Assembly (NCBI GenBank): GCA_964507855.1
Contig: CAZDQS010000004.1
Location: 14,888 to 78,887 of the forward strand
Source: an uncultured Candidatus Saccharibacteria bacterium
Lineage (GTDB): Bacteria > Patescibacteriota > Saccharimonadia > Saccharimonadales > CAZDQS01
Reading direction: 5' to 3'
Length of the DNA: 64,000 nucleotides
A program made the position numbers and the translations under genes. Positions within the stretch are counted from its first letter, which is position 1, and every line of letters begins with the position of its first letter. Below, piece after piece: positions 54,719 through 62,910 of this stretch. The notes under the pieces were generated by a model. The model had not been told where the DNA came from. It saw only the letters and a program-made list of their open reading frames with translations, and ran no database searches.

Positions 54719-55624
54719 TTACTCGTTATTGTAGGCGGCTTCGAGTTCGGCGATGTTCATCTTTTTCATTGGTAAGAATGCCTTGACCAGGCGGGCTATT
54801 TGCTCAGGCGTTCCGTTACTCATCATGTCGTTGAACGAAGTCGGCGAAACCTGCCACGACACGCCGTACTTGTCCTTGAGCCAACCACACTGTTCGGCCT
54901 CGGGCACGGCTGAAAGCTTCTCCCAATAGTAATCAATTTCTTCTTGCGTATCGCAATTAATGAGCAACGATATCGCCTCGTTAAAGGTAAACGGCTGCTC
55001 CACGCCGGAATCCATGGCCGCAAGCCACTGCCCCTCGAGCATAAAGTCAGCAAACATCAGCGACCCCTTCTTGGCCGGGCCGGTGTCTTCCGGATACTTC
55101 GCAACAGTGCCGAGCTTTGCATCCTTGAATACAGAAAGATAGAAGTTTATCGCTTCTTCGGCTTGATTGGTATGCTCACCGGCAAACATGAGGGATGGAA
55201 TGATAAACGGCCGCTCTTCACCCTCCGGGTCAGTCAGCATCAGCTGCCATGTCACACCATACTTGTCCTTGACCCAGCCATAGCGTTTGCTGAAAGGATA
55301 CTCCTGCAGTGGCATCAGCGTCTCGCCGCCCTCGCTCAATGTGCCCCACAGCTCGTCCAGATGCTCCCTTGCTTGATCGTCACGTGACGGGTCAAAGTTC
55401 AGGATGAAGGATATTGAAGGATTGAGTTTAAACACCGGCCCGGCACTGATTGCCATAAAGTCATGGCCGCTGAGATTAAATGTCACCACGTCGCTGTCAC
55501 CGCCCGGTGTATCAGACAGCGTCACTACGCTATCAATCTTAGAATCTGGAAACGCCGAGACATAAAACTCCGCCGCTTCCTTAGCTTCCTTATCAAACCA
55601 CAAATGCGGAACAATCTTTTGCAT
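54719..55624 (-). CDS. tandem VOC/PhnB-like (3-demethylubiquinone-9 3-methyltransferase domain) protein
   Basis: MQKIVPHLWFDKEAKEAAEFYVSAFP plus repeated DKYGVxWQ motifs, indicating two PhnB-like halves. Confidence 0.85.
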   Translation of the reverse strand: MQKIVPHLWFDKEAKEAAEFYVSAFPDSKIDSVVTLSDTPGGDSDVVTFNLSGHDFMAISAGPVFKLNPSISFILNFDPSRDDQAREHLDELWGTLSEGGETLMPLQEYPFSKRYGWVKDKYGVTWQLMLTDPEGEERPFIIPSLMFAGEHTNQAEEAINFYLSVFKDAKLGTVAKYPEDTGPAKKGSLMFADFMLEGQWLAAMDSGVEQPFTFNEAISLLINCDTQEEIDYYWEKLSAVPEAEQCGWLKDKYGVSWQVSPTSFNDMMSNGTPEQIARLVKAFLPMKKMNIAELEAAYNNE

Positions 55625-55638
55625 GACACCCCCTAAAG

Positions 55639-56094
55639 TTACGTTTCTACTCGCCCCTCAATAATAGCACTGAGTTGGGTTGCTAATTTTTCTGGATTTT
55701 CGTAGCTCAAATGCCGAGCAAGATTATTACCCACTACACCTTGATTAAAATAAGAAAGTCTTCCGTCACCTTCCGTTGCAATAAACACGTGCTTTCCCTT
55801 CCCGAGCGCATACCCGATTTCAAACTGAACTCCGGCCGAGGGCTGGTCATGGACGAGCGCGAGCAAAATATCGGAGTTGTCTATTTCTTCCAAATCTTTC
55901 TTCACGCCAATATCCGGCGGTGAGTTAGTAATAATCCAACCTTCGTGCTCCACCGCACAAAAGACTTCTAGATGCCCTGACTTTCTTAGAGCTTCCAGTA
56001 TTTCTTCGATAACTTTGCGAAATACCGGCTTAACTTCGCCCGTATCGTAATCCACTTGATTCGAAAAAGATGTCGCTAAGAATACTTTACTCAT
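55639..56094 (-). CDS. nucleoside 2-deoxyribosyltransferase-like protein
   Basis: SDILLALVHDQPSAGVQFEIGYALGKGKHV matches the family core. Start set at MSKVF because the longer ORF reads through repeat R2. Confidence 0.65.
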   Translation of the reverse strand: MSKVFLATSFSNQVDYDTGEVKPVFRKVIEEILEALRKSGHLEVFCAVEHEGWIITNSPPDIGVKKDLEEIDNSDILLALVHDQPSAGVQFEIGYALGKGKHVFIATEGDGRLSYFNQGVVGNNLARHLSYENPEKLATQLSAIIEGRVET

Positions 56095-56128
56095 ATCCCT
56101 CAATAATAGCATTAACAGCTGCGGAGTT

Positions 56129-56367
56129 CCTTGGCTGATTTGGCCAGGCTCTTCCAGCTCCTGATGGACGAGTGTCAAAGCGACAATTTCTGCGCAGGAC
56201 GTGTTTGACGGCTTTTCCTTCATTAGAAAATTAGAAAAGAAAAGCCGGAGTTGTCCGGAGCATTGTCGCCTTTGACGACGAGGCCATAACGAGCTGGAAG
56301 CTGCCTGTTGCTTCTTTGCATACTTTCTTGTCAACACAAGAAAGTATGTTGGGACAAGCCGGAACGG
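56129..56367 (+). repeat. family-2 structured intergenic repeat, copy R2 (239 nt)
   Basis: Helices CTTCCAGCTC/GAGCTGGAAG, GTCAAAGCGACAAT/ATTGTCGCCTTTGAC, GGCTTTTC/GAAAAGCC and CATACTTTCTTG/CAAGAAAGTATG. Confidence 0.8.
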
Positions 56368-56378
56368 ATTGGCCGAAA

Positions 56379-57686
56379 CTATAAAGCTATCTTGCTTTTG
56401 AGTTCTTCAACCTTCACACGCTCTTGCTCAGTAGTATCGCGATTACGAACCGTAACCGTTCCGTCTTCCAAAGTATCAAAATCAATCGTCACGCAATACG
56501 GCGTGCCGATTTCGTCCTGTCGGCGATATCTTTTACCTATGTTGCCATTGTCATCCCACATGACCGCGCCAAACTCGTCCTTCAGCATCTTGTAGACTTC
56601 TCTGGCCTTTTCCACCAGCTCGGGCTTGTTCTTCAGCAGCGGCGAAACCGCAACTTTAACTGGGGCTAGGTGCGCGGGCAACTTGAGATACACGCGCTTT
56701 TCGCCATTAACTTCATCTTCCGTGTAGGCGCTGACCAGTACGGCCATGAGAGCGCGCTCCACGCCGAATGACGGCTCGATGACATGCGGCACAAACGGCT
56801 CGCCGCCGTCCTTAGGCCTATACTCCATGTTTTTGCCGGATGACTTCTGGATGTTCATAAGATCAAAGTCCGTGCGGTACGCCAGGCCCAAGAGTTCCTT
56901 GCGGCCGATTGGATAATCAAACTCAAAGTCAATTGTGCGCTTGCTGTAATGCGCGCGCTCCTCGTCCGGCACTTCCAGCTCGTGAACCTTGTCCTTTGGA
57001 AGCCCGATGGCTTCCAGGTAGGCGTAAATATCCTTTACCCAACTCTCAAAAGATTCTTTCCACTTGTCCGGATGGACAAAGTACTCGATCTCCATCTGCT
57101 CGAACTCGCGTGAGCGGAAGACAAAATCCCGCGGAGAGATTTCGTTACGGAAGGCCTTACCAATCTGGGCGATACCAAACGGCATGTCAGGATAAAAGCT
57201 ATCTACGACGTTCTTGAAGTTCGTAAAAATACCCTGTGCAGTCTCCGGCCGTAGATAACTAACCGAAGCTTCGTCATCAACCGGCCCGACATTTGTCTTG
57301 AACATCATATTGAACTGGCGGGCTTCGCTAAACGTATCGGTCTTGCCGCACGTTGGACATTTGCTGGTGTCAATTTGGTCTTCGCGGAAGCGGGATTTGC
57401 AGTTGGAGCACTCCACCAGCGGATCGGTGAACGTATCCACGTGGCCGCTGGCCTGCCAGACTTTCTGATTCATCAAAATTGCCGCGTCCACGCCATACAT
57501 GTCTTCCCTGTCGTCAACAAACATCTTCCACCACAGGTCCATGATGTTGCGCTTCAAGGCAACGCCAAGCGGGCCGTAGTCCCACGTACCACTTAAGCCG
57601 CCGTAAATCTCGGAGCCTTGGTAAATAAACCCGCGCCGCTTACACAAGCTAACAATATCTTCTAGAGAAACTTCATCTTTTGCCAT
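56379..57686 (-). CDS. glyQS: glycine--tRNA ligase (homodimeric class II type)
   Basis: RGFIYQGSEIYGGLSGTWDYGPLG, FRNEISPR (motif 2), EPSFGVERA (motif 3); C-terminal anticodon-binding domain. Confidence 0.95.
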   Translation of the reverse strand: MAKDEVSLEDIVSLCKRRGFIYQGSEIYGGLSGTWDYGPLGVALKRNIMDLWWKMFVDDREDMYGVDAAILMNQKVWQASGHVDTFTDPLVECSNCKSRFREDQIDTSKCPTCGKTDTFSEARQFNMMFKTNVGPVDDEASVSYLRPETAQGIFTNFKNVVDSFYPDMPFGIAQIGKAFRNEISPRDFVFRSREFEQMEIEYFVHPDKWKESFESWVKDIYAYLEAIGLPKDKVHELEVPDEERAHYSKRTIDFEFDYPIGRKELLGLAYRTDFDLMNIQKSSGKNMEYRPKDGGEPFVPHVIEPSFGVERALMAVLVSAYTEDEVNGEKRVYLKLPAHLAPVKVAVSPLLKNKPELVEKAREVYKMLKDEFGAVMWDDNGNIGKRYRRQDEIGTPYCVTIDFDTLEDGTVTVRNRDTTEQERVKVEELKSKIAL

Positions 57687-57886
57687 ATATGACCTTACTT
57701 ACTGTATCTGTTTCAGCTTACACTAGCCACCTTCGGCCTGCAAATGCCATACCGCTCATTCATCGTACCTTTCAGGTACGCCTCACTCACCTGATAGCAT
57801 TTTCGGCTCGAACTTTGGCTAGTTCACTAATAAAACCGATACAGGAAGCAAGGACTGCAAATTATATCTGGAATTGATACAAAAAC

Positions 57887-58579
57887 CTAGGCTCGCAAAA
57901 ACTGCTGGGCCATGGACCGCACCAGCTGGCTTCCCCGCTGGAGCACGCTGTCGATATCCTTCACCTGGCCCAAAACTTCCGGCGAATCAATCCCGAACAC
58001 CAGGCGCAGGAACTTTATGTGATTGGCGGTGTACATCCCCTGCTCATGCGGAATGAACGCCATGTTCTCCAGATCAAACGTGTATAACGTACCGACATCG
58101 AGCTTCTGACCCGTAGCGTCGGTGCGGAGGTTCGGCTGGTGTCCAGCAAGTTTGAGCAGCTGCGCGTCAAACCAAGCAGTCAAAAGTTCCGGCGGTAAAT
58201 TGCTATCATCAAGCCCCTCAAACGTAGCGCTGAGCAGATCAAAATATTCCCGGCCGGCAGCATCTTCCGTTGATTTGTTGAGGCGCTTGATAAGCTCATA
58301 GCCGAGCATCGTCCGGCTAATATCTTTCACAATGTTGCCGAAGTGACGGTGCAGTCTCGTAGATACGAGCGTACCAATCTCGCCCTTGCCCGGGATAAAG
58401 CTTAGTTCCGAAATGCTGAATAATTCAATCCCGCCCGCCAGCTTGCTTGTGCTCTTTCGCACACCCTTGGCCATAAGCCGCAGCTTGCCGTGGTCGGGCG
58501 TTAAGACGGTCAAAATACGGTCCGCCTCGCCGAAGTCCGTGCGGAACAGGATGATACCGTGGGTAAGGATTTGTTTCAT
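57887..58579 (-). CDS. recO: DNA repair protein RecO
   Basis: GIILFRTDFGEADRILTVLTPDHGKLRLMAKGVRKSTSKL (OB-fold N-terminus). Start at MKQIL, with a 4-nt overlap on the upstream regulator stop. Confidence 0.88.
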   Translation of the reverse strand: MKQILTHGIILFRTDFGEADRILTVLTPDHGKLRLMAKGVRKSTSKLAGGIELFSISELSFIPGKGEIGTLVSTRLHRHFGNIVKDISRTMLGYELIKRLNKSTEDAAGREYFDLLSATFEGLDDSNLPPELLTAWFDAQLLKLAGHQPNLRTDATGQKLDVGTLYTFDLENMAFIPHEQGMYTANHIKFLRLVFGIDSPEVLGQVKDIDSVLQRGSQLVRSMAQQFLRA

Positions 58580-58962
58580 TGTGACGCTGGAGCCAACACA
58601 CTTTCGACGCACTGCACCAGCCGCCGCAACTTCGTGGTGGGCTTGTATAAATACTGCTTTACCCCGAGTTCATGCCACAACGTCGTATCAAGCCCGGGGT
58701 TGCTGGCGGGCAAACCGGTCAGTAGGATGACTGGAACCTCTTGCCAGTCAGCATAGGAGCGAAACTCATAGAGGAACTCGATGCCATTATGCCCAGGAAG
58801 CTGCATTTCCAGCACCACCACGTCCGGTGTGGCACTATCAGCAACATGAATAGCAGCTTGCGCTGACGCAGCGTGCATCACCTCGTGGCCCCCACCCTCT
58901 AAAGCGGCTGTATACGTATGCGCTAGTACAGGATCCGGTTCAACTAACAACACCCTCGTCAT
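58576..58962 (-). CDS. single-domain response regulator (CheY-like receiver)
   Basis: VLLVEPD, DVVVLEMQLPGHNGIEF, LLTG and K in LYKP receiver motifs. Confidence 0.85.
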   Translation of the reverse strand: MTRVLLVEPDPVLAHTYTAALEGGGHEVMHAASAQAAIHVADSATPDVVVLEMQLPGHNGIEFLYEFRSYADWQEVPVILLTGLPASNPGLDTTLWHELGVKQYLYKPTTKLRRLVQCVESVLAPASQ

Positions 58963-59004
58963 ATACCTCTAACTTTACCATGCGCTTCATTATTTCACCG
59001 CCGC

Positions 59005-59242
59005 GCTTCGCTTGGCCGGTGACCTACTTTCTTGTGTCAACAAGAAAGCTAGGCAAAGAAATGACGGGCAGCTGCAGCCACGTAATGCATCTGTTGGTAA
59101 AAAAGTAGCTTGCCTCGGCAACTCACCACCTATTGTGCCACCGGCACAATAGGTGCCTCAGACACTCCGAGGAAGCCAAGCGCGCTACTTTATTACAACA
59201 TCTGCTCAGGTGGCTCGCAGAGCCCGAACAAACCAGCCATGG
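59005..59242 (-). repeat. family-2 structured repeat, copy R3 (238 nt, inverted orientation, diverged interior)
   Basis: Reverse complement starts CCATGGCTGGTTTGTTCGGGCTCTGCGAGCC and ends with the hairpin CCTAGCTTTCTTG/CAAGAAAGTAGG. It keeps the family helices with different sequences (CTGCGAGCC/GGCTGCAG). Confidence 0.7.
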
Positions 59243-59289
59243 AGTGCCTAGCAACACAGCTTCTATAGGATTAGCCGTCTTGGCGGCAT

Positions 59290-59526
59290 CCTTGGCTGGT
59301 TCCCCAGGCTCTGAAAAATCGATGCTAAAAGCCGCTGTTTGGGCGAATCAAGCCGGCACGCGGTCCTGCCCACTCATATAGAAAATTTGGGCGGGGCCGA
59401 CAGGATGGAGTTGTGCCAGCGCGCCTCAAACAGCGAGATTTTGGCAATCGTGCTTTTTCAGTTGCCTGTCGTTTTTTGTCCAACTTTTTGTCGACACAAA
59501 AAGTTGTGCGGGGCTGGCCCGAAGGG
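59290..59526 (+). repeat. family-2 structured repeat, copy R4 (237 nt, diverged)
   Basis: Starts CCTTGGCTGGTTCCCCAGGCTCTG. Helices CTGAAAAA/TTTTTCAG, GCTGTTTGGGCG/CGCCTCAAACAGC and CAACTTTTTGTC/GACACAAAAAGTTG; same length and architecture as R1 and R2. Confidence 0.7.
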
Positions 59527-59543
59527 ACAGACCGAAAAATGCT

Positions 59544-60260
59544 CTAGACTAAAGCCAACTGCTGGCTCGGCACAAACGTCGCTGCAAGACCACTGCGTCG
59601 GTGATGTTTGGCCACCCTCAATTGCGCCGACATGCTGGACAGAATTGACTCGGCGATGAACAGCCCGGCGCCGCTGCTTGCTACCACGTCGCTTAATGGA
59701 TGACGTGCCTTGCCATGCAATGCCCGTGCCCGGTTGAGTGCGTTAGCATTCAAGCCCTCAACATCAGCATAGACTCCCGCTACGATTCCGCCCCGCCGGC
59801 GGTGCGCACCCATGACTAGTCGCTGGGATTTTGCAGCCTGGTGACTCTGCGCCTCAATCAGCACCTGGCCAATATTGGCAAGTGCGTACTCCAGGCCTTC
59901 CCGATTAGCCATCACCGGCTCGTAGCGCCCGCCAATCTCCAGCTCCAGCTGGCTGCCATACTGTTTTGCCAAGCCATCAAGTCGGTGGGCAGTGTCATAC
60001 AAAACCGAGGCAAGCGACACAGGCTCAAGCTGCAAAGAGACCTGCCGTTGTATCAAATTATTACTCAGCAAATAACTATCAATAAAATGCAAGGCCCTGT
60101 CAGCGGCCACTTCAATGTGGGGCAATAGGTCAGTAACGTCCCGCCCGGACCTGGCCAACTCACTGAAAGTTGATATATGCAGCAGCGGTACTTTGAGCTG
60201 CTCAGCCAATGCCTCAAGCAGCTTCTCGCTATCGTTCGTTGGTGCGAAATCGCGCGCCAA
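59544..60260 (-). CDS. cytoplasmic histidine-kinase-like protein (DHp-like helix + HATPase_c-like domain)
   Basis: Possible H-box PLLHISTFSELAR, N-box-like LEYALANIGQVLIEA, G-box-like SSGAGLFIAESIL; no TM segments. Confidence 0.6.
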   Translation of the reverse strand: MARDFAPTNDSEKLLEALAEQLKVPLLHISTFSELARSGRDVTDLLPHIEVAADRALHFIDSYLLSNNLIQRQVSLQLEPVSLASVLYDTAHRLDGLAKQYGSQLELEIGGRYEPVMANREGLEYALANIGQVLIEAQSHQAAKSQRLVMGAHRRRGGIVAGVYADVEGLNANALNRARALHGKARHPLSDVVASSGAGLFIAESILSSMSAQLRVAKHHRRSGLAATFVPSQQLALV

Positions 60261-60313
60261 GCTGTTACCCCCGCTTAGTTTGTTCGCATTATACTCTAAT
60301 GAATCGGGCGAAT

Positions 60314-61045
60314 CTACGGGACAAAGCTAAGATTGGCAAGAATGATATCGTTGAAGTCCTTCACCTTATCTTCTGACTCGGTCCAGACCTTCAGCGTCTT
60401 GTCACGCAACGGAATCAACACCATGCTGCCGCGTTTCTTGGGCACAACTTCACCATCTATCCGAGAGCCCAGAACATCCGGAACTTGTGCCGCCCGGTAA
60501 GGGCTGACCTGCACACTACCCTGCTTGATATACGCGTCAAACTGCTGCAGTTCCGCTTCGTATGCTTTATTAATAACCTGGAATCGCAATGCAATCGAAT
60601 ACGACGGATCGACACCCGGCACAAAATCAGGGTGCAAATAGCCATCAAGGTTGGTCGCACCTGAAGGCTTCTCATTAATATAAGCGCCCCAAGTCTTTGG
60701 GTATTTCACGGCCAGGCTGCCAAACTGTGATGGCCCACGGTATGACTTAAGCGGCTCTTTCTCGCGCTCGACAAATTCGGCGTCTTTGGCGGAAGCTGTC
60801 TCTTGCTTGGCTACCTCCACAGCGGCGGCAATCTTTTGGTCCACGTCATATTTGTAGCTCTGCCGCTCACCCCACGCCCATACGAACAAACCGATAAATA
60901 CGACGGCTAGGAGCGATGCGAGTATGGTCGCGACAAGCCAGACATTGATCCGAAACTTGTGCGGTTTCGGCTGTCCAGCTGCTTGATATGGTGCCTGTGG
61001 CCCGGGCGGATACGCGCCCTGCTGATAAGGATTGTTTGGTGGCAT
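60314..61045 (-). CDS. hypothetical bitopic membrane protein with Pro/Gln-rich N-terminus
   Basis: ORF; TM (VWLVATILASLLAVVFIGLFVWAW). Confidence 0.5.
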   Translation of the reverse strand: MPPNNPYQQGAYPPGPQAPYQAAGQPKPHKFRINVWLVATILASLLAVVFIGLFVWAWGERQSYKYDVDQKIAAAVEVAKQETASAKDAEFVEREKEPLKSYRGPSQFGSLAVKYPKTWGAYINEKPSGATNLDGYLHPDFVPGVDPSYSIALRFQVINKAYEAELQQFDAYIKQGSVQVSPYRAAQVPDVLGSRIDGEVVPKKRGSMVLIPLRDKTLKVWTESEDKVKDFNDIILANLSFVP

Positions 61046-61069
61046 ATTGGTTTTATCATACCATAAGCA

Positions 61070-61567
61070 CTAACGAGCTTTGGCATGATATTTGTAGAGG
61101 TAGACTCCCTCTCTTTCGTTATCGATATGACGGCTTGGTATTTGAAATGCGTAGCTCACAAGCTTGACAGATTTGCTAAATCTTTGGATAATTTTTTTAT
61201 CCAATTGCTCCATATATTTTGGCAAGAGAAACACAAAGATACCGTCGGCATCGGGCCACGACTTTGTCCAGTAATTGCCCCACACGACCTTGACTTGGCC
61301 GCGGTAGCGAAGCGTATTCAGCCAGGCTATGAGCGCCAGCATCGGATTCAGCTCATAGCCCACCGCTTTCCAGCCACGACGGGCGGCTGCCTTCAAGACA
61401 CGACCGTCGCCACAACCCAGTTCGAGCATTGTCTGCCCTGGCTTAAGATCCAATAGATCAAGCGCTGCCTCCTGCTGCGATTTCAGCGTCGGCACCCATG
61501 GCGCACCCACAAAAACCACAAGCCCAAACATCAGGAGAATAACCAAGAGGACCCATAAAAGAACCAC
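61070..61567 (-). CDS. class I SAM-dependent methyltransferase, membrane anchored
   Basis: MLELGCGDGRVL motif I; N-terminal hydrophobic helix. Confidence 0.8.
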   Translation of the reverse strand: MVLLWVLLVILLMFGLVVFVGAPWVPTLKSQQEAALDLLDLKPGQTMLELGCGDGRVLKAAARRGWKAVGYELNPMLALIAWLNTLRYRGQVKVVWGNYWTKSWPDADGIFVFLLPKYMEQLDKKIIQRFSKSVKLVSYAFQIPSRHIDNEREGVYLYKYHAKAR

Positions 61568-61574
61568 GCTTTCG

Positions 61575-61790
61575 CTACTCCTCCAGCCGCTTGTCCCAAG
61601 CAGCCTTGACCTTGGACACCTTGTTCTCGGCCGTCTTTAGGTACGCCTCCAGCTGCTCCACCACCTCCATGCCGCGTTGGTATAATTTGAGCGCCTCGTC
61701 GATGTCCAGGTCGGATGACTCTAGCCGTGCCAGTATCTCATCCAACTCTCCGCTAAGCTTCCGGTAGTCAATCTCTTTGCTGTTTGCCAT
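61575..61790 (-). CDS. xseB: exodeoxyribonuclease VII small subunit
   Basis: 71 aa; LDEILARLESSDLDIDEALKLYQRGMEVV pattern; adjacent to xseA. Confidence 0.88.
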   Translation of the reverse strand: MANSKEIDYRKLSGELDEILARLESSDLDIDEALKLYQRGMEVVEQLEAYLKTAENKVSKVKAAWDKRLEE

Positions 61791-61794
61791 ATCG

Positions 61795-62910
61795 TTATTG
61801 TACCTCCTTGATTGTTGCCTCGGCAGTCGTGTCCTTAAACTGCAGACTCACGTCCTCGCCTTGTCGTAGTTCCTTGCCACTTCGGATAATTCTCTCGCCC
61901 GAGCGAACAATGACAAAGCCGCGCGCCAGTGCCGCTTCTGGGTTAAGCGCACGCAGCAAGTGGCTCCGCGATGCCAGCTGCTGGCGATCAAACCGAATCT
62001 GTGCCCGTATCCGCTCGTACAACGCGGCTGACTTAGTTGCAAGCGCTTGCCTGCCGGACTGGATGAAAGCGCTTAATGAGTACCCGAGCGCGCCGCGCGC
62101 TGCTGCCAACCGTTCAGCCACCTGCTGGCGGTCGGGCACCAGGAACTGGGCGGCGTTGCTCGGTGTACTCGCCCGCCGGTCCGCTGCCATCTCAGCAAGC
62201 GAAATGTCGACCTCATGCCCGATGGCAACAAGCGTAGGGATACGACTGGCCGCGACCGCCCGCGTTACCTGCTCGGTGCTAAAAGCCGCCAGATCTTCCG
62301 GGCTCCCACCGCCGCGGGTAATCACCAGCACCTCCGGCGGCGCTGCCTGTTGGTTGAAATATTCAATAGCCGCTACAATCTGCCCAACAGCCGCCTCTCC
62401 CTGCACCTGCACGTCAGCTAACCGGACATCAAGCCCGCCCCAGCGCTCGTTTAATATCTTCATAAAGTCGTGGTACGCCGCGGATTCGCTCGACGTAATC
62501 AAACCTACCGTTGCCGGTGGATATGGCAGTGCCCGCTTGCGGGATTCGTCAAACAGCCCTTCAGCTTCCAGCTTGGCCTGCAGCAGCGCCGCGGCACGCT
62601 TGATGCTTCCCTCGCCCACTGGCATCATCGCCTGCACCGTCACGCTGAACCCGTACTGTGGATGCAGGCGCGGATTGCCCCTCACTTGCAGCAACATCCC
62701 ATCCTCAAGCGGCCCTGGCAATTGGTACACGGTCCCGAAAAACCGCACACTCGCCAACTCGTCCTTGAGATCAAAGTACACCCATCGGTTCTTGCTCACC
62801 CGGAAATTAGCCAATTCACCAGTAATTGTCACGCTTGGATAGGCGTACTCTAACGTCTGGTTTAAGGCCGCGACAAATTCACTGACCGTGAGTGTTACTT
62901 CACCGTTCAT
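61795..62910 (-). CDS. xseA: exodeoxyribonuclease VII large subunit
   Basis: LTVSEFVAALNQTLEYAYPSVTITGELANFRVSKNRWVYFDLKD (OB fold), ITRGGGSPEDL, VAIGHEVD motifs. Start set at MNGEV. Confidence 0.9.
   Translation of the reverse strand: MNGEVTLTVSEFVAALNQTLEYAYPSVTITGELANFRVSKNRWVYFDLKDELASVRFFGTVYQLPGPLEDGMLLQVRGNPRLHPQYGFSVTVQAMMPVGEGSIKRAAALLQAKLEAEGLFDESRKRALPYPPATVGLITSSESAAYHDFMKILNERWGGLDVRLADVQVQGEAAVGQIVAAIEYFNQQAAPPEVLVITRGGGSPEDLAAFSTEQVTRAVAASRIPTLVAIGHEVDISLAEMAADRRASTPSNAAQFLVPDRQQVAERLAAARGALGYSLSAFIQSGRQALATKSAALYERIRAQIRFDRQQLASRSHLLRALNPEAALARGFVIVRSGERIIRSGKELRQGEDVSLQFKDTTAEATIKEVQ

Noticed and set aside
55639-56337. Long N-terminal extensions of ORFs: 55639-56337, 48234-48881, 41078-41485, 57887-58612, 61795-62970, 15434-16810, 16777-17622 and 29225-31555
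   Set aside because: The extensions read through repeats, CAAAAA arrays or upstream genes. Internal ATG/GTG codons with SD sequences or stop/start overlaps give protein N-termini that match the families.
57687-57886. A possible glycine T-box leader upstream of glyQS (AAGGUGGCUAG resembles the T-box GGUGG core)
   Set aside because: No recognisable specifier loop with GGC in a Stem I context, no AGAGA/GNUGGNA motifs, and no terminator or sequestrator hairpin. The match is insufficient.
59393-59410. GGGGCCGACAGGATGGAG resembles a tmRNA 5' end (GGGGCUGAUUCUGGAUUCGAC)
   Set aside because: No tRNA-Ala-like T-arm/ACCA 3' end lies downstream, and no tag reading frame is present. The segment sits inside family-2 repeat R4 and pairs within it.
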